64,000 nt of DNA. It comes from Chloroflexota bacterium (GTDB taxonomy: Bacteria > Chloroflexota > UBA11872 > VXOZ01). How positions within the stretch are numbered: the stretch's first letter is position 1; each line of letters begins with the position of its first letter. Under the pieces are notes generated by a model. That model did not search any database and was not told the DNA's origin. It was given only the letters and a program-made list of their open reading frames with translations. The translations under genes and the position numbers were made by a program. The stretch is from assembly GCA_965221905.1 (NCBI GenBank), contig OZ244922.1, positions 2,400,001-2,464,000 on the forward strand, read 5' to 3'. This document shows, one piece after another, positions 11,502 to 23,146 of the stretch.

Positions 11502-11866
11502 TCCGAGAATCGTCACGACTCAAAGTTGCTGACAACAGCGGCGCCCGTGAGATCATGTGTATCCGAGTCCTGGGCGGTTCGCGGCGCAGGTACGGAGGCG
11601 TCGGCACTGTCGTGGTAGCATCCGTGAAGGAAGCAGTCCCGCTTAGCCAGGTGCGTCAAGGCGAGGTTGTTCGTGCGCTCATCGTGCGCACGTCAAAGGA
11701 ATACGGGCGCGCCGATGGATCGACCATTCGTTTCGATGATAACGCCGCCGTCATCTTGGGCCCACAGAACATGCCCCGCGGTACACGCATTTTCGGTCCC
11801 GTCGCCCGAGAACTGCGGGAGATGGGCTTCATGCGCATTATCTCCCAGGCGCCGGAGGTACTCTGA
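11498..11866 (+). CDS. rplN: 50S ribosomal protein L14
   Basis: [29 protein letters not shown]. Confidence 0.98.
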   Translation: MIRESSRLKVADNSGAREIMCIRVLGGSRRRYGGVGTVVVASVKEAVPLSQVRQGEVVRALIVRTSKEYGRADGSTIRFDDNAAVILGPQNMPRGTRIFGPVARELREMGFMRIISQAPEVL

Positions 11867-11868
11867 TC

Positions 11869-12189
11869 ATGCAGCGAATTCGGTCAGGGGATCAGGTGGA
11901 AGTGACCGCTGGCAAAGACCGCGGGAAGCGCGGTCGCGTGATGCGAGTGCTCAATGCCGATCACGCCGTAGTGGTAGAGGGCATAAATATTGTAAAACGC
12001 CACCAACGTGCGATGCCGCCAATGCGGCCGGGTGGCATCATTGAGATGCCGGCGCCGCTCGCAGAATCGAACGTCATGGTTGTCTGCCCACAGTGCGACC
12101 GGGCAGCCCGAATGGGCTATCGCATCCTGGACGATGGCAGCAAAGGGCGTGTCTGTAAACGTTGCCAAGAGATTGTTGGCCAAGAGTAA
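11869..12189 (+). CDS. rplX: 50S ribosomal protein L24
   Basis: KOW motif [26 protein letters not shown]; CxxC...CxxC. Confidence 0.97.
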   Translation: MQRIRSGDQVEVTAGKDRGKRGRVMRVLNADHAVVVEGINIVKRHQRAMPPMRPGGIIEMPAPLAESNVMVVCPQCDRAARMGYRILDDGSKGRVCKRCQEIVGQE

Positions 12190-12198
12190 GGAACTCCG

Positions 12199-12768
12199 AT
12201 GTCGGAAAAAGCGCAGATACAGCAGCTTTATGAGAATGACGTTCGGTCTGCAATGATCGAAGAGTTCGGCTATAACTGTGTAATGCAGGTACCGAAGATT
12301 ACTAAGGTAGTAGTGAATATCGGCCTCGGTGAAGCCTTGCTAGACGCCAAAGCTCTAGATAACGCCGTCGGCGACCTCACCACTATTACCGGGCAGAAGC
12401 CCATAGTCACACGTTCCAGGAAGAGCATAGCCAACTTCAAGCTCCGCGAAGACCAAGCAATTGGGGCGAAAGTAACTTTGCGACGAACTCGAATGTATCA
12501 CTTTATCGAAAAACTATTCAACGTAGTCTTTCCACGCATTCGCGACTTCCGCGGCGTATCGCCGAACGCGTTCGACGGACGTGGGAATTATTCGGTCGGC
12601 CTCCGTGAGCAGCTTGTGTTCCCGGAAATTGACTATGACAAAGTCGACCGTGTGCGTGGGCTGGAAGTAACTATTGTGACCTCAGCACAGACCGACGAGG
12701 AATCGCGCTTCCTTCTTAGGGCGCTCGGCATGCCGATAGCCCAGGAAGCCAGCCAATTAGCGAGCTAG
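12199..12768 (+). CDS. rplE: 50S ribosomal protein L5
   Basis: [21 protein letters not shown]. Confidence 0.98.
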   Translation: MSEKAQIQQLYENDVRSAMIEEFGYNCVMQVPKITKVVVNIGLGEALLDAKALDNAVGDLTTITGQKPIVTRSRKSIANFKLREDQAIGAKVTLRRTRMYHFIEKLFNVVFPRIRDFRGVSPNAFDGRGNYSVGLREQLVFPEIDYDKVDRVRGLEVTIVTSAQTDEESRFLLRALGMPIAQEASQLAS

Positions 12769-12781
12769 GAGACGCAACCCC

Positions 12782-12991
12782 GTGGCAAAACAGTCCAAGA
12801 TTGCCAAGTGGCGCAAACAGCGGAAATTGATGGAACAGGGCCGCATGAAACATCCCGTGAGATTTCGGAATCGCTGTTACCAATGCGGTCGGCCCCGGGC
12901 CTTCATCCGCAAGTTCGGGCTCTGTCGCATCTGTTTTCGCGGAGCCGCGTTGCAGGGCTTATTGCCTGGTGTCACAAAGTCAAGCTGGTAG
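12782..12991 (+). CDS. rpsN: 30S ribosomal protein S14 (zinc-binding type)
   Basis: RCYQCGRPR...GLCRICFR...PGVTKSSW. Confidence 0.97.
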   Translation: MAKQSKIAKWRKQRKLMEQGRMKHPVRFRNRCYQCGRPRAFIRKFGLCRICFRGAALQGLLPGVTKSSW

Positions 12992-13015
12992 TACGCACGC
13001 GAGAGATATCTGACT

Positions 13016-13417
13016 ATGACCATGACCGATCCCATTGCCGATATGCTGACGCGGATACGCAACGCAATTCAAGCGCGCCATACCCACGTGACCATACCGG
13101 CGTCCAAGATGAAGACCGCATTGCTCACGATCCTCGAAAGGGAAGGATATATCGGTCAATTTGAGGTGGTAGACCAACAGATTCCACAGTCTATGCTGAA
13201 AGTCAGCCTCAAATATACCGACAAACGCGCGCCTGTGCTCCTCGGATTGCGACGTGTGAGTAAGCCCGGCCTGCGCGTATACGCGAATAAAGATGAGATT
13301 CCCCGCGTTATGGGCGGCATTGGTACTGTAATTCTTTCCACCTCTTCTGGCGTGATGACGGGTCGAGAGGCCTGGCAGCGCAAGATTGGCGGCGAAGTTC
13401 TCTGTTACGTCTGGTAA
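13016..13417 (+). CDS. rpsH: 30S ribosomal protein S8
   Basis: [29 protein letters not shown]. Confidence 0.98.
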   Translation: MTMTDPIADMLTRIRNAIQARHTHVTIPASKMKTALLTILEREGYIGQFEVVDQQIPQSMLKVSLKYTDKRAPVLLGLRRVSKPGLRVYANKDEIPRVMGGIGTVILSTSSGVMTGREAWQRKIGGEVLCYVW

Positions 13418-13428
13418 GGTAGGTCGCT

Positions 13429-13980
13429 ATGTCTCGTGTTGGAAAACAACCAATCCCGCTTCCAGATGGTGTGGAAGTGAACGTGCAAGCGTCTGCCGTT
13501 CATGTTAAGGGACCAAAAGGCGAGCTTGAAATCGACGCTGTGTCCGCTGTCAGGGTAACCGTTGAGGATCGCGCCGTCCGCGTCCACCGCGTCGTTGAAA
13601 CCCGCGAGGCCCGCGCTTTGCACGGTCTCACTCGCTCGTTGGTCGCCAACATGGTGCAGGGAGTTATTTCGGGATATCGTAAGACGCTTGAGTTGCATGG
13701 GACCGGTTACCGTGCACAACTCGCCGGCAGCAAGCTCGTCATGCAACTGGGGCACTCGCATCCTGATGAGTACTCACCACCGCAGGGCATTGGCATTGAG
13801 CTTGAGAACCCAACCACGATTCACATAGACGGCATAGACAAGAGACTGGTCGGCCAAGTGGCTGCAGACATCCGTGCTTCACGGCCCGTGGAAGTCTATC
13901 TTGGGAAAGGCATCCGCTATCGCGGGGAGTACGTTCGCCGCAAAGCCGGTAAGGCCGGTAAGGTTGGCGCAGGCGAGTAA
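13429..13980 (+). CDS. rplF: 50S ribosomal protein L6
   Basis: MSRVGKQP, VKGPKGEL, YLGKGIRY. Confidence 0.98.
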   Translation: MSRVGKQPIPLPDGVEVNVQASAVHVKGPKGELEIDAVSAVRVTVEDRAVRVHRVVETREARALHGLTRSLVANMVQGVISGYRKTLELHGTGYRAQLAGSKLVMQLGHSHPDEYSPPQGIGIELENPTTIHIDGIDKRLVGQVAADIRASRPVEVYLGKGIRYRGEYVRRKAGKAGKVGAGE

Positions 13981-14049
13981 ACGACGGCAGTTAACAATAC
14001 GCGGGAATTTCGTTCTCGCCTCGAGTACTTAGATGAGCAGGACTGTGAA

Positions 14050-14424
14050 ATGCGATTGATCCGGGGAAGAAAAGCACTGAGCGCACGGGCACGGCGGCAA
14101 CGCCGAGTACGGGCAAAGATTAGCGGAGTGGCAGAGAGGCCGCGCCTGAATGTCTTTCGGAGTAACCTGCACATCTATGCGCAGGTGATCGACGATGCTA
14201 GTCACCTGACTTTGGCTGCAGCCTCCACCCTCGATCCTACAGTGCGGGACTTGCTTGATAAAAAGCCGAAGCAGGCACAAGCGTCCGTAGTGGGTCGAGT
14301 AGTGGCTGAACGGGCACAAGAAAAAGGGATAGAAACTGTGGTCTTCGACCGCGGAGGCTATCAGTACCATGGCCGGGTGCGCTCGCTCGCGGAAGCGGCC
14401 CGCGAAGCCGGCTTGAAATTCTGA
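14050..14424 (+). CDS. rplR: 50S ribosomal protein L18
   Basis: [30 protein letters not shown]. Confidence 0.98.
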   Translation: MRLIRGRKALSARARRQRRVRAKISGVAERPRLNVFRSNLHIYAQVIDDASHLTLAAASTLDPTVRDLLDKKPKQAQASVVGRVVAERAQEKGIETVVFDRGGYQYHGRVRSLAEAAREAGLKF

Positions 14425-14445
14425 GTGAGTTAGGCAAGGAATACT

Positions 14446-15015
14446 ATGCCAGAACGCGATTCCATCGACTCAGCATCTTTGAATCTTGAAGAGCGCCTCG
14501 TGAACGTCAACCGTGTCGCAAAGGTTGTGCGTGGGGGACGCACATTCAGCTTCAACGCAGTGGTGGTGGTTGGCGACGGTGCCGGTCATGTTGGAATCGG
14601 TATCGGCAAAGCGCGCGAAGTGGCGGAAGCTATTCGCAAGGGTGGGGAGAAAGCGCGCAAGGCCCTCGTGCGCGTACCTCTTGCGGGAACAACCATTCCG
14701 CACGACATTACGGCAAAATACGGCGCCTCAAGAGTCATGCTCAAGCCCGCGGCGCCAGGCACCGGCGTGATTGCCGGCGGGCCGGTGCGCGCTGTTGTCG
14801 AGTCGGCAGGTGTGCATGACATTCTCACCAAGTCGCTCGGCTCCAACAATGCGATCAATGTGGTAAAGGCAACTATGACCGCACTTGAGCAACTCCAAAG
14901 TCCGGACGCCGCATACTCCCGCCTTGGCAGACTTCGGCCTAGGCGAAGACAGGCTGCAGACGAGAGCCCCGCTGCGACTGCCACAGTCGCCACCGCGGCG
15001 CAGACAGAAGAATAG
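14446..15015 (+). CDS. rpsE: 30S ribosomal protein S5
   Basis: [23 protein letters not shown]. Confidence 0.98.
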   Translation: MPERDSIDSASLNLEERLVNVNRVAKVVRGGRTFSFNAVVVVGDGAGHVGIGIGKAREVAEAIRKGGEKARKALVRVPLAGTTIPHDITAKYGASRVMLKPAAPGTGVIAGGPVRAVVESAGVHDILTKSLGSNNAINVVKATMTALEQLQSPDAAYSRLGRLRPRRRQAADESPAATATVATAAQTEE

Positions 15016-15025
15016 GACAAAGAGC

Positions 15026-15226
15026 ATGGCAGCTAAGTTGCGTGTCACGTTGCGCAAAAGCCCTATTGGCTTTTCGAAAGATCAAAAGCAGACAGTAACA
15101 GCCCTGGGGCTAAGAAAACGCCAACACTCGGTAGAGCATGACGAAACCCCGGCGGTGCGCGGGATGATCAATAAAGTCGCTCATCTCGTGGACGTCGAGG
15201 AAATCTCGCAGACTTTGGGGAATTAG
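15026..15226 (+). CDS. rpmD: 50S ribosomal protein L30
   Basis: VTLRKSPIG...ALGLRK...[10 protein letters not shown]; ATG 15026. Confidence 0.95.
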   Translation: MAAKLRVTLRKSPIGFSKDQKQTVTALGLRKRQHSVEHDETPAVRGMINKVAHLVDVEEISQTLGN

Positions 15227-15243
15227 AATAGGACGAAACTTGC

Positions 15244-15687
15244 ATGGAAAAACATGCGCTACACGGGCCGGCCGGCGCAAATAGACGGCGAAAGCGCGTT
15301 GCACGCGGCCATGGCGGACCTGGGCACAAGACGGCCGGGCGCGGCACGAAGGGCCAGAAGTCGCGCTCCCATGCTGGCGTTCCCGCGTGGTTCGAAGGCG
15401 GGCAGACACCATTTGTCAGGCGATTGCCCCACCGTCGCGGATTCAGCAATGCCCGTTTTCGCGTTGTTTACCAACCGGTTAATGTCGGCGACCTTGAACG
15501 AGTCTTCGAGGCCGGTGCCACCATCACTCCGGCAGACATAGTGGCGCGAGGCCTTGCCCGCTCCACGCAAATCAAGATACTTGGCAACGGCGAGATTACC
15601 CATCAACTTACCGTGCAGGCGCCCAAGTTTTCGCAGGCCGCACGCGCTAAGATCGAGGCGGCTGGCGGCTCTGTGACGGAAGGGTAG
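15244..15687 (+). CDS. rplO: 50S ribosomal protein L15
   Basis: GRGTKGQKSR, FEGGQTP, KILGNG. Confidence 0.97.
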   Translation: MEKHALHGPAGANRRRKRVARGHGGPGHKTAGRGTKGQKSRSHAGVPAWFEGGQTPFVRRLPHRRGFSNARFRVVYQPVNVGDLERVFEAGATITPADIVARGLARSTQIKILGNGEITHQLTVQAPKFSQAARAKIEAAGGSVTEG

Positions 15688-15693
15688 CGCCGA

Positions 15694-17031
15694 GTGGCTG
15701 TATCAACCCCTTCACAAAAATCACCGTCGCTGATACAGGCCGCCTACAACGCATTCAAGCTTCCCGATATTCGGCGCAAGCTCCTTTTTACGTTGGGCTT
15801 GCTTACTGTGTTTCGCTTCGCTGCGCACATCCCCGTGCCTGGTGTCGATCGTGAAGCCCTGCGGGAGCTCTTCCAACAGCAGCAGTTCCTCGGTCTGCTC
15901 GACATGTTCTCGGGTGGCGCCCTGGCAAACTTCTCCATCGTCGCCATGGGCGTGTACCCATACATTACGGCGACCATCATCGTGCAACTTATGACTCCGG
16001 TGATACCGGCGTTACAGGCGATGTCGCGGGAAGGAGGCGATAGCGCACGTGCCCGCATGAATCAATACATGCGCATTGGAACCGTGCCGCTTGCCGTGCT
16101 ATCATCCTTCGGGCAAGCAACGATTTTCACACAGATGGGCGTCATTCGGGGCTTCAATCTCTTCAATAGCGCGACATTTCTCAGCAGTCTCGCACTCATC
16201 ATCAGCATGACCGCGGGCACAATGTTCCTGGTTTGGCTCGGTGAACTCATCACGGAAAACGGCATCGGCCAAGGCATTTCGCTCATCATCTTTGCCGGAA
16301 TCGTCGCGCGGTTGCCCACCACCATTGGGCAAGCGGTATTCGGCCAGACCGGGGGCACGGCCACGTTCACGCTGCTCATTATCGGTGTGCTCTCCATCCT
16401 GATCGTTGTCGGCATCGTCGTGATGTACGAGGCCCAGCGGCGGATACCCGTGCACTACGCCAAGCGCATGCACGGACGCCGCCAGTACGGCGGACAGACC
16501 ACCCATATTCCGCTCAAGATCAACTCCGCCGGGATGATCCCCCTGATCTTTGCAATCTCATTCCTTATCTTCCCCAGCACGGTGGCCAGCTACTTCCAAG
16601 CGGCCAACGCCGGTTGGATCCGGAACGTTGCGACGTTCATCATCGGCGCCTTCGATCCACAAGGCCCGCTCTACTGGATGCTCTACTTCTTGCTTGTCGT
16701 CGCTTTCACATATTTCTACACTGCCATCATCTTCCAACAACAGAATATTCCGGAAGTTCTCCAAAAGAACGGAGGCTTCATTCCGGGCATTCGTCCCGGT
16801 CGCCCCACGGCGAATTATCTCAACAGTGTCATATTTCGCATCACGCTGGCAGGGGCGTTGTTCCTCGGTCTTATCGCAGTATCGCCCTTTATCATTCAAG
16901 GCATCACCGGGGTGCAGGCTCTGATGCTCAGCAGCACCGGCATGCTCATCGTCGTCGGCGTTGTGCAAGACACTATGAAGAATCTCGAAGCTCAGTTGCT
17001 CATGCGCCAATACGAAGGATTCTTGCGCTAG
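15694..17031 (+). CDS. secY: Preprotein translocase subunit SecY
   Basis: GVYPYITA, WLGELIT, GGFIPGIRPG; multiple TM segments. Confidence 0.98.
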   Translation: MAVSTPSQKSPSLIQAAYNAFKLPDIRRKLLFTLGLLTVFRFAAHIPVPGVDREALRELFQQQQFLGLLDMFSGGALANFSIVAMGVYPYITATIIVQLMTPVIPALQAMSREGGDSARARMNQYMRIGTVPLAVLSSFGQATIFTQMGVIRGFNLFNSATFLSSLALIISMTAGTMFLVWLGELITENGIGQGISLIIFAGIVARLPTTIGQAVFGQTGGTATFTLLIIGVLSILIVVGIVVMYEAQRRIPVHYAKRMHGRRQYGGQTTHIPLKINSAGMIPLIFAISFLIFPSTVASYFQAANAGWIRNVATFIIGAFDPQGPLYWMLYFLLVVAFTYFYTAIIFQQQNIPEVLQKNGGFIPGIRPGRPTANYLNSVIFRITLAGALFLGLIAVSPFIIQGITGVQALMLSSTGMLIVVGVVQDTMKNLEAQLLMRQYEGFLR

Positions 17032-17711
17032 TGCCGAAGTTGCCTTCGTTAACGACGCTGAACCTCATCCTGCTTGGCCCTCCCGGCGCAGGCAAAGGCA
17101 CGCAGGCACGTGCCATCGCCGGGACTTTCGGCCTGCGGCACCTTTCTACCGGTGACCTCCTGCGAAAACACATTCAAGATCAGACTTCGCTAGGAGCGCA
17201 ATCGCAAGTCTACTATGACAAAGGCGAGTACGTGCCTGACCGGCTCGTCGTCGCAATCGTAAAAGAGGAACTTTCGCTAATTCACCCTAGGGTCGGTGTG
17301 GTACTGGATGGATTTCCTCGGACCGTGGCGCAAGCAGAGTCGCTTGAGCGGACGTTGGAGGAATTCGGCCAGCAGATCGATGCGGCCATCGAGCTTGCCA
17401 GCGACACGGAAGAGATAGTACAGCGGGCGGAAGGCCGTCGCATATGCCCGCAAGGTCACACGTACCATACGGTGAACAATCCTCCTCGGACCGCGGGCCG
17501 CTGCGACGTAGATCATCTTCCCCTCAAGCAGCGTGTGGATGACCGGCCCGCGACAGTACGCAGGCGCATCAAGGTCTACCGTGAACAGAGTCAGCCGCTC
17601 CTAGGGTATTACGCTGAGAAACATCTCCTACGCAGCGTGGACGGTACCCAGACAATTGAGGAAGTGACAGAGAGCATAAGAGACGTTCTGAGTGAGGTCT
17701 GTGTGTATTAA
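17031..17711 (+). CDS. adk: Adenylate kinase
   Basis: GPPGAGKGTQA, LSTGDLLR, LDGFPRT; start approximate (GTG 17031). Confidence 0.95.
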   Translation: MPKLPSLTTLNLILLGPPGAGKGTQARAIAGTFGLRHLSTGDLLRKHIQDQTSLGAQSQVYYDKGEYVPDRLVVAIVKEELSLIHPRVGVVLDGFPRTVAQAESLERTLEEFGQQIDAAIELASDTEEIVQRAEGRRICPQGHTYHTVNNPPRTAGRCDVDHLPLKQRVDDRPATVRRRIKVYREQSQPLLGYYAEKHLLRSVDGTQTIEEVTESIRDVLSEVCVY

Positions 17712-17738
17712 TATGGCCCTTTGTAGTAGAAAACGCAC

Positions 17739-18503
17739 GTGCAAGTGACCCAAGCTATTCGGCTCAAGACCCCGCGACAGTTGCACTTCATGCGCCAAGC
17801 GGGTAACATAGTAGCTGAAGTCCTTGCGCTACTCGGCGAACATATCGTGCCTGGCGCGACTACGGCAGAGTTGGATGCGCTGGCAGAAGCCGAGATAAAG
17901 AAGCGCGGGGCTGTGCCGTCTTTCAAGGGGTATCACGGCTTTCCGTGCACAATTTGCGCGTCGGTAAATGAGCAGATCGTGCATGGCATTCCTAGCGAAT
18001 ACCGCTTGCAGGAGGGCGACATATTGAGCATCGACGTAGGCGCTATCTACAAAGGATGGCACGGCGATGCAGCGGTGACGCACGCGGTCGGCCAAGCAAG
18101 TGCCGAAGCTGAACGCGTGATGGACGCAACGCAAGAAGCGCTGCGTCGTGGTATTGCGGCGGCTGTGCCGGATAACCACCTCGGCGACATTGGATTTGCC
18201 ATTCAGTCGTGGGTGGAGGCGCAAGGACTTGCCGTAATTCGGGACTTTGTTGGACATGGCATAGGAAAGGTAATGCACGAGGCCCCGCAGGTGCCGAACT
18301 TCGGTGAGGCAGGCTCCGGGGTTAAACTACGACCCGGCATGACGATTGCCATTGAACCAATGGTGTCTGTCGGGGATTGGCGTGTTAAAGTGCTCGACGA
18401 CGGTTGGACTGCCGTCACTGTGGATGGTAGTCTATCAGCTCATTACGAGCACTCCATTGCCATTACAAGTGAAGGTCCGGAGATCCTTACCAAAGTTGCA
18501 TAG
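17739..18503 (+). CDS. map: Methionine aminopeptidase type I
   Basis: [28 protein letters not shown]. Confidence 0.97.
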   Translation: MQVTQAIRLKTPRQLHFMRQAGNIVAEVLALLGEHIVPGATTAELDALAEAEIKKRGAVPSFKGYHGFPCTICASVNEQIVHGIPSEYRLQEGDILSIDVGAIYKGWHGDAAVTHAVGQASAEAERVMDATQEALRRGIAAAVPDNHLGDIGFAIQSWVEAQGLAVIRDFVGHGIGKVMHEAPQVPNFGEAGSGVKLRPGMTIAIEPMVSVGDWRVKVLDDGWTAVTVDGSLSAHYEHSIAITSEGPEILTKVA

Positions 18504-18526
18504 TCGGTGAACGCTCGGAGATTGCG

Positions 18527-18751
18527 GTGCCAAAGAAGAAAGACACGATTGAAATCGAGGGTGTCGTCCAAGACGTGCTTCCTAATGCAGTCTTTCGTGT
18601 CGAGCTTGATAACGGACATGAGGTCACAGCACACCTTTCCGGCAAACTACGGCTCAACTTCATTCGGGTTGGCGCAGGCGATCGCGTAACAGTAGAGCTT
18701 TCGCCATACGACTTAACTCGCGGCAGGATCACCTGGCGGGGGAGGAGATAA
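18527..18751 (+). CDS. infA: Translation initiation factor IF-1
   Basis: [25 protein letters not shown]. Confidence 0.97.
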   Translation: MPKKKDTIEIEGVVQDVLPNAVFRVELDNGHEVTAHLSGKLRLNFIRVGAGDRVTVELSPYDLTRGRITWRGRR

Positions 18752-18756
18752 GATCA

Positions 18757-18870
18757 ATGAAGGTGCAGGCGTCTGTAAAGCGACGTTGCGAGCAGTGCAA
18801 GGTGGTTCGACGCAAAAGGGTTGTACGCATCATTTGCACAAATCCTCGCCATAAGCAACGGCAAGGATAA
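18757..18870 (+). CDS. rpmJ: 50S ribosomal protein L36 (not in the ORF track)
   Basis: Translates [37 protein letters not shown]. Confidence 0.96.
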   Translation: MKVQASVKRRCEQCKVVRRKRVVRIICTNPRHKQRQG

Positions 18871-18922
18871 TCGGGGAACTGCAAATCGAAGTGGACTGAG
18901 TATCGTTCACAGGAGGAGCAGC

Positions 18923-19306
18923 ATGGCACGAATTGTAGGCGTGGACCTACCGCGAGAAAAACACATTTGGGTGGGGCTAACGTATATCTACGGCATTGGA
19001 CGCACAACGTCCTACAAGATCTTGGAAAAGGCCCAAGTGGTGCCGGAAACCAAAGTGCAAGACCTCACGGAAGATGAGGTGAACCGCATCCGAGAGGTCA
19101 TAACTGCCAGCCACATTGTGGAAGGCGACCTCCGCCGCGAAGTGCAGCAAAACATCGGACGACTCATTGAAATTGGATGTTATCGTGGCATGCGCCACCG
19201 GCGCGGCCTGCCTGCGCACGGACAGCGCACACGCACCAATGCCCGGACGCGTAAGGGGCGACCCAAGACGGTTGCCGGCCGTAAGCGGGCAGTGTTGAAG
19301 AAGTAG
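18923..19306 (+). CDS. rpsM: 30S ribosomal protein S13
   Basis: [23 protein letters not shown]; AGGAGG SD. Confidence 0.98.
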   Translation: MARIVGVDLPREKHIWVGLTYIYGIGRTTSYKILEKAQVVPETKVQDLTEDEVNRIREVITASHIVEGDLRREVQQNIGRLIEIGCYRGMRHRRGLPAHGQRTRTNARTRKGRPKTVAGRKRAVLKK

Positions 19307-19326
19307 CAAACCGAGGGGATTAGGCA

Positions 19327-19710
19327 ATGCCGGCAACACGCTCACGCAGGCGCGAAAGACGCACCGTCGCTCGCGGTAAGGCGTTCATTCAGTCCACATT
19401 CAATAATACCTTGATTACAATCACGGACATGAACGGTAATACTTTGTGTTGGGCAAGCTCCGGTTCTGCCGGCTTCAAAGGCTCCCGCAAGGGCACGCCC
19501 TACGCCGCACAGGTTGCAGCGGAAACGGTTGCCCGCAAGGCAGCCGACTTCGGCATGGGACAGGTGGAAGTCTCCTTAAAAGGCCCGGGGTCAGGGCGCG
19601 AGTCCGCGGTTCGCTCACTCCAAGCCGGTGGCATTCAAGTTATGAGCATTACCGACGTAACGCCCATACCGCACAATGGCCCACGTCCTCCCCGACGTAG
19701 GCGCGTTTAG
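19327..19710 (+). CDS. rpsK: 30S ribosomal protein S11
   Basis: [28 protein letters not shown]. Confidence 0.98.
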   Translation: MPATRSRRRERRTVARGKAFIQSTFNNTLITITDMNGNTLCWASSGSAGFKGSRKGTPYAAQVAAETVARKAADFGMGQVEVSLKGPGSGRESAVRSLQAGGIQVMSITDVTPIPHNGPRPPRRRRV

Positions 19711-19737
19711 TAACTGCAGGAGATTTGAGGAAAGTAT

Positions 19738-20367
19738 ATGGGACGATATGTTGGCCCCGTGTGTCGGCTGTGCCGCCGGGAAGCGCAGAAGCTCTTTCTG
19801 AAGGGAGACAAGTGCTTCACACAAAAGTGCCCGGTTGAGAAACGAAAGAAACCACCCGGCATGCACGGTGAAATGCGACGTCGGATTTCAGATTACGGCA
19901 CGCGCTTACGGGAAAAGCAGAAGGCCCGGCGCATGTATGGGATTTTCGAGCGCCAGTTTCGCAATTACTTCGAGCTCGCTACGTCACGCCCTGGAGTCAC
20001 AGGGTCTACTCTCCTCCAACTGCTCGAAAGCCGGCTGGACAATGTAGTCTATCGCCTTGGTTTCGCCTCTTCTCGCGCTGCGGCTCGGCAAATTGTGTGC
20101 CACGGTCACTTCACACTGAATGGCCGAAAGTGCGACATTCCCTCCGCCCTCCTTGATGAAGGCGATGTGGTTAGCGTTAGTTCAAACAGCCGGAAGAATG
20201 AGTACTTCAAGATCGCCGCAGAGCGGCTGACTTCAGTGGCTGTGCCGAACTGGCTCACCATTGATCGAGAGAATTTCCAAGGCAAGGTCATTACTTTGCC
20301 AACGCGACAAGAGATCGACGCTGACCTCAACGAGCAACTAATCGTTGAGTATTATTCTCGTCGGTAA
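19738..20367 (+). CDS. rpsD: 30S ribosomal protein S4
   Basis: [28 protein letters not shown]. Confidence 0.98.
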   Translation: MGRYVGPVCRLCRREAQKLFLKGDKCFTQKCPVEKRKKPPGMHGEMRRRISDYGTRLREKQKARRMYGIFERQFRNYFELATSRPGVTGSTLLQLLESRLDNVVYRLGFASSRAAARQIVCHGHFTLNGRKCDIPSALLDEGDVVSVSSNSRKNEYFKIAAERLTSVAVPNWLTIDRENFQGKVITLPTRQEIDADLNEQLIVEYYSRR

Positions 20368-20446
20368 GTAGGAAAGTAAGCCGCCCCTTAAAACGTGTGC
20401 AGGCGTATAGGGCCGCATTTCGCAAAAATATGAGCGTACCTGTGTA

Positions 20447-21439
20447 TTGGGAGGTAATTCCCCATTGGAACTGCAGGAAGTACAACCCGAAGTCAGAGTA
20501 ATTGAAACTGAAGACAACTACGGTCATTTTCGTATTGAGCCGCTGAAGCGTGGCTACGGCCATACGTTGGGCAACGCAATGCGGCGTGTGCTCCTTTCGT
20601 CGCTTCCGGGCGCGGCTATTTCGTCCATACGGATTACCGGAGTGCTCCACGAGTTTGCCGATATACCCGGCGTAACAGAAGATGTTACACAGATCATCCT
20701 CAACATCAAACGCATTCGTTTGACGTCCACGGCTGAGCATCCCATTGAACTCTACCTCTCCGTAAACCGTGAAGGTGACGCTACCGCTGCGGACATCAAG
20801 TGCCCGCCTGAAATCAACATCGTCAATCCCGATCAATTAATCGCCACGCTGGATTCCGATGACGCCGAATTGGAAATGTACTTGACGGTTGAGCAAGGCA
20901 TCGGCTTCACGCTCTCCAATACGCAGGAAGACACGCCCATTGGGGAAGTGCCCGTAGACGCGATCTTTACCCCAATCCGACGCGTGGAGTATCGCGTGGA
21001 GCACGCCCGCGTCGGTCAAGTAACGGACTTAGACGCCCTCATCCTCCGCGTATGGACCGATGGTACCCTTACCCCGGAAACCGCACTCGGCCAGAGTGGT
21101 CAAATCCTGTGCGATTACTTCTCCTTGATTCGCGATTTCCATCCGCTTGTACAGCGCATTGAGGTAGGGATCGCGCGCCCGGATCCGATTTCGTCAACCC
21201 CGCTGGAGTCACTACAACTGCAGAACCGAGCCTACAACGCGCTGCGTCGCGGCGGCATTAGCACGGTGGAACAACTCCTCGCTACGGATGAGGATAACCT
21301 CCTGAAAATCCAGGGGCTGGGTTCCAAGACGCTGTCTGAAGTAAAAGAAAGACTGGCGCAAAGTGATCTCTTCTTGACAGAGTCGAATGGCGCGGGTGGC
21401 GCGGGCGATGCCGAGGAAGTAGAGGAGGTGCCCGTGTGA
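20447..21439 (+). CDS. rpoA: RNA polymerase alpha subunit
   Basis: EPLKRGYGHTLGNAMRRVLLSS, VDAIFTP, alpha-CTD RAYNAL. Confidence 0.98.
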   Translation: MGGNSPLELQEVQPEVRVIETEDNYGHFRIEPLKRGYGHTLGNAMRRVLLSSLPGAAISSIRITGVLHEFADIPGVTEDVTQIILNIKRIRLTSTAEHPIELYLSVNREGDATAADIKCPPEINIVNPDQLIATLDSDDAELEMYLTVEQGIGFTLSNTQEDTPIGEVPVDAIFTPIRRVEYRVEHARVGQVTDLDALILRVWTDGTLTPETALGQSGQILCDYFSLIRDFHPLVQRIEVGIARPDPISSTPLESLQLQNRAYNALRRGGISTVEQLLATDEDNLLKIQGLGSKTLSEVKERLAQSDLFLTESNGAGGAGDAEEVEEVPV

Positions 21440-21789
21440 GAAAGAGAATGTACGTTCGAAGGCTTAACCGGGACAAGGGCAAGCGAGAAGCCCTGTGCCG
21501 CAACTTAATCAGCACGCTTGTGCTCAACGGTGAAATACACACCACTACGGCGCGCGCCAAGGAAGTTCGCTCCCGCGCAGAGCGGTTGATCACACTGGCC
21601 AAGCGCGGAGATCTGCATGCCCGCAGACTAGCGCTCTCGCGCCTTCCCCATCAAGAGGCTATTCACCACCTCTTCAATGAGCTTGGACCGCGCTATGCCG
21701 ACAGACCGGGCGGGTACACGCGTGCCTTGCGCCTTGGTACCCGTCGCGGCGACGGAGCGCAAGTAATGATGGTCCAATTGGTGGAATAA
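21436..21789 (+). CDS. rplQ: 50S ribosomal protein L17
   Basis: TTTARAKE, DRPGGYTR, RRGDGA. Confidence 0.97.
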   Translation: MRKRMYVRRLNRDKGKREALCRNLISTLVLNGEIHTTTARAKEVRSRAERLITLAKRGDLHARRLALSRLPHQEAIHHLFNELGPRYADRPGGYTRALRLGTRRGDGAQVMMVQLVE

Positions 21790-21886
21790 GCGCTCGTTTT
21801 CTTTAGCAGCAACTAGACACATATCTTTCGCCATCATGTAGAATAGGCAAGCAACGTTCGAAAGGAAGCAAGAAGAGGTATAGAGC

Positions 21887-22693
21887 ATAGGCGCTCGCAT
21901 AGCGAGGAGAGAGACCGGTAAGTTTCGCTGTCTCGTAGCGTACGACGGCACTCCCTTCAGTGGGTTCCAATTGCAGGTCGGCAGGCCCACCGTGCAGGAG
22001 GAGTTGGAAAAGGCGATCGAGCGCATTACGCAGCATCCGACTCGCGTGGTGGCTGCCGGTCGAACGGATGCAGGCGTTCACGCCACCGGTCAAGTGATCC
22101 ATTTTCTATCGGCTTGGCCGCATCCACCCGGTGACCTTCAACGGGCAATGAATGCAGTGTTGCCTAGGACGGTCGCCGTAGCCGACTTAGAAATTGCAGC
22201 GTCGGAGTTCCACGCACGTTACAGCGCCAGAAGTAGGCGGTATCGATACGACATCATAAACTGCGAAACCCGGTCACCAATCACGCATCGGTTCGCACTG
22301 CATCGGAGCCGCCCACTAGATGCCGCAGCCATGCACGACGCGCTGCAATACCTGGGAGGAACTCACGATTTTCGGGCCTTTGCAGCGGGTGAACCCGCTA
22401 ATTTGAACGCTGTACGCAACGTGTTGAGCGCTTCTTGCAGCCGGTCCGAAGATATGCTGCGGATTGTAGTGGTAGCAAATGCGTTCTTGCGCCACATGAT
22501 GCGTCGGATTGTAGGGACCCTGCTGGAAATCGGAGAAGGGCGCAAGCCGATTGAACACATGGAACGAGTATTGGCTACGAGAGACAAAGCAGAGGCGGGG
22601 CCGACAGCCCCGGCCAAGGGGCTATTCTTGATCCGGGTAACGTACCCTGATACGCTCGCCCCAAAGAGAACAAAAGAGGACCAAGCAGAATGA
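21887..22693 (+). CDS. truA: tRNA pseudouridine(38-40) synthase; probable AUA start
   Basis: [11 protein letters not shown] upstream of the tracked TTG; [17 protein letters not shown]; start inferred from SD GAGGT 7 nt before ATA 21887. Confidence 0.92.
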   Translation: MGARIARRETGKFRCLVAYDGTPFSGFQLQVGRPTVQEELEKAIERITQHPTRVVAAGRTDAGVHATGQVIHFLSAWPHPPGDLQRAMNAVLPRTVAVADLEIAASEFHARYSARSRRYRYDIINCETRSPITHRFALHRSRPLDAAAMHDALQYLGGTHDFRAFAAGEPANLNAVRNVLSASCSRSEDMLRIVVVANAFLRHMMRRIVGTLLEIGEGRKPIEHMERVLATRDKAEAGPTAPAKGLFLIRVTYPDTLAPKRTKEDQAE

Positions 22694-23124
22694 AAACGTC
22701 GGTAACTGCCGTAACACGTCCCAACGACGTGGAACGTCGCTGGTATGTGGTCGACGCTACGGGACTAACCCTTGGCAGGCTTGCAACCCGCATTGCGCAC
22801 GTGCTCCGCGGCAAGCATAAGCCGCATTACGCCCCTAACATCGACACTGGCGACTTCGTGATTGTAGTCAACGCCGCACAGGTTGCCGTTACGGGACGCA
22901 AACTCGAACAGAAGACGTACTACCGCCACACCGGTTATCCAAGCGGCATCATTGCGATCACCTTGGAAGATCAACTAGAGCGGCACCCACATCGTGTCAT
23001 CGAACACGCTGTGCGGGGCATGCTCCCCCACAACCGCTTGGGACGTGCAATGTTTAAGAAGCTGAAAGTCTATGGCGGGCCCGACCATCCACATCAGGCC
23101 CAATTGCCTGAGTCATTACTTTAG
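22690..23124 (+). CDS. rplM: 50S ribosomal protein L13
   Basis: LGRLAT, LRGKHKP, AVRGMLP. Confidence 0.98.
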   Translation: MKTSVTAVTRPNDVERRWYVVDATGLTLGRLATRIAHVLRGKHKPHYAPNIDTGDFVIVVNAAQVAVTGRKLEQKTYYRHTGYPSGIIAITLEDQLERHPHRVIEHAVRGMLPHNRLGRAMFKKLKVYGGPDHPHQAQLPESLL

Positions 23125-23146
23125 AACATGACAGGAGCAAATACCG

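Noticed and set aside
16614-17030. 139-codon N-terminal extension of adk overlapping secY
   Set aside because: Out-of-frame shadow of secY; the Adk fold starts at the P-loop after 17031.
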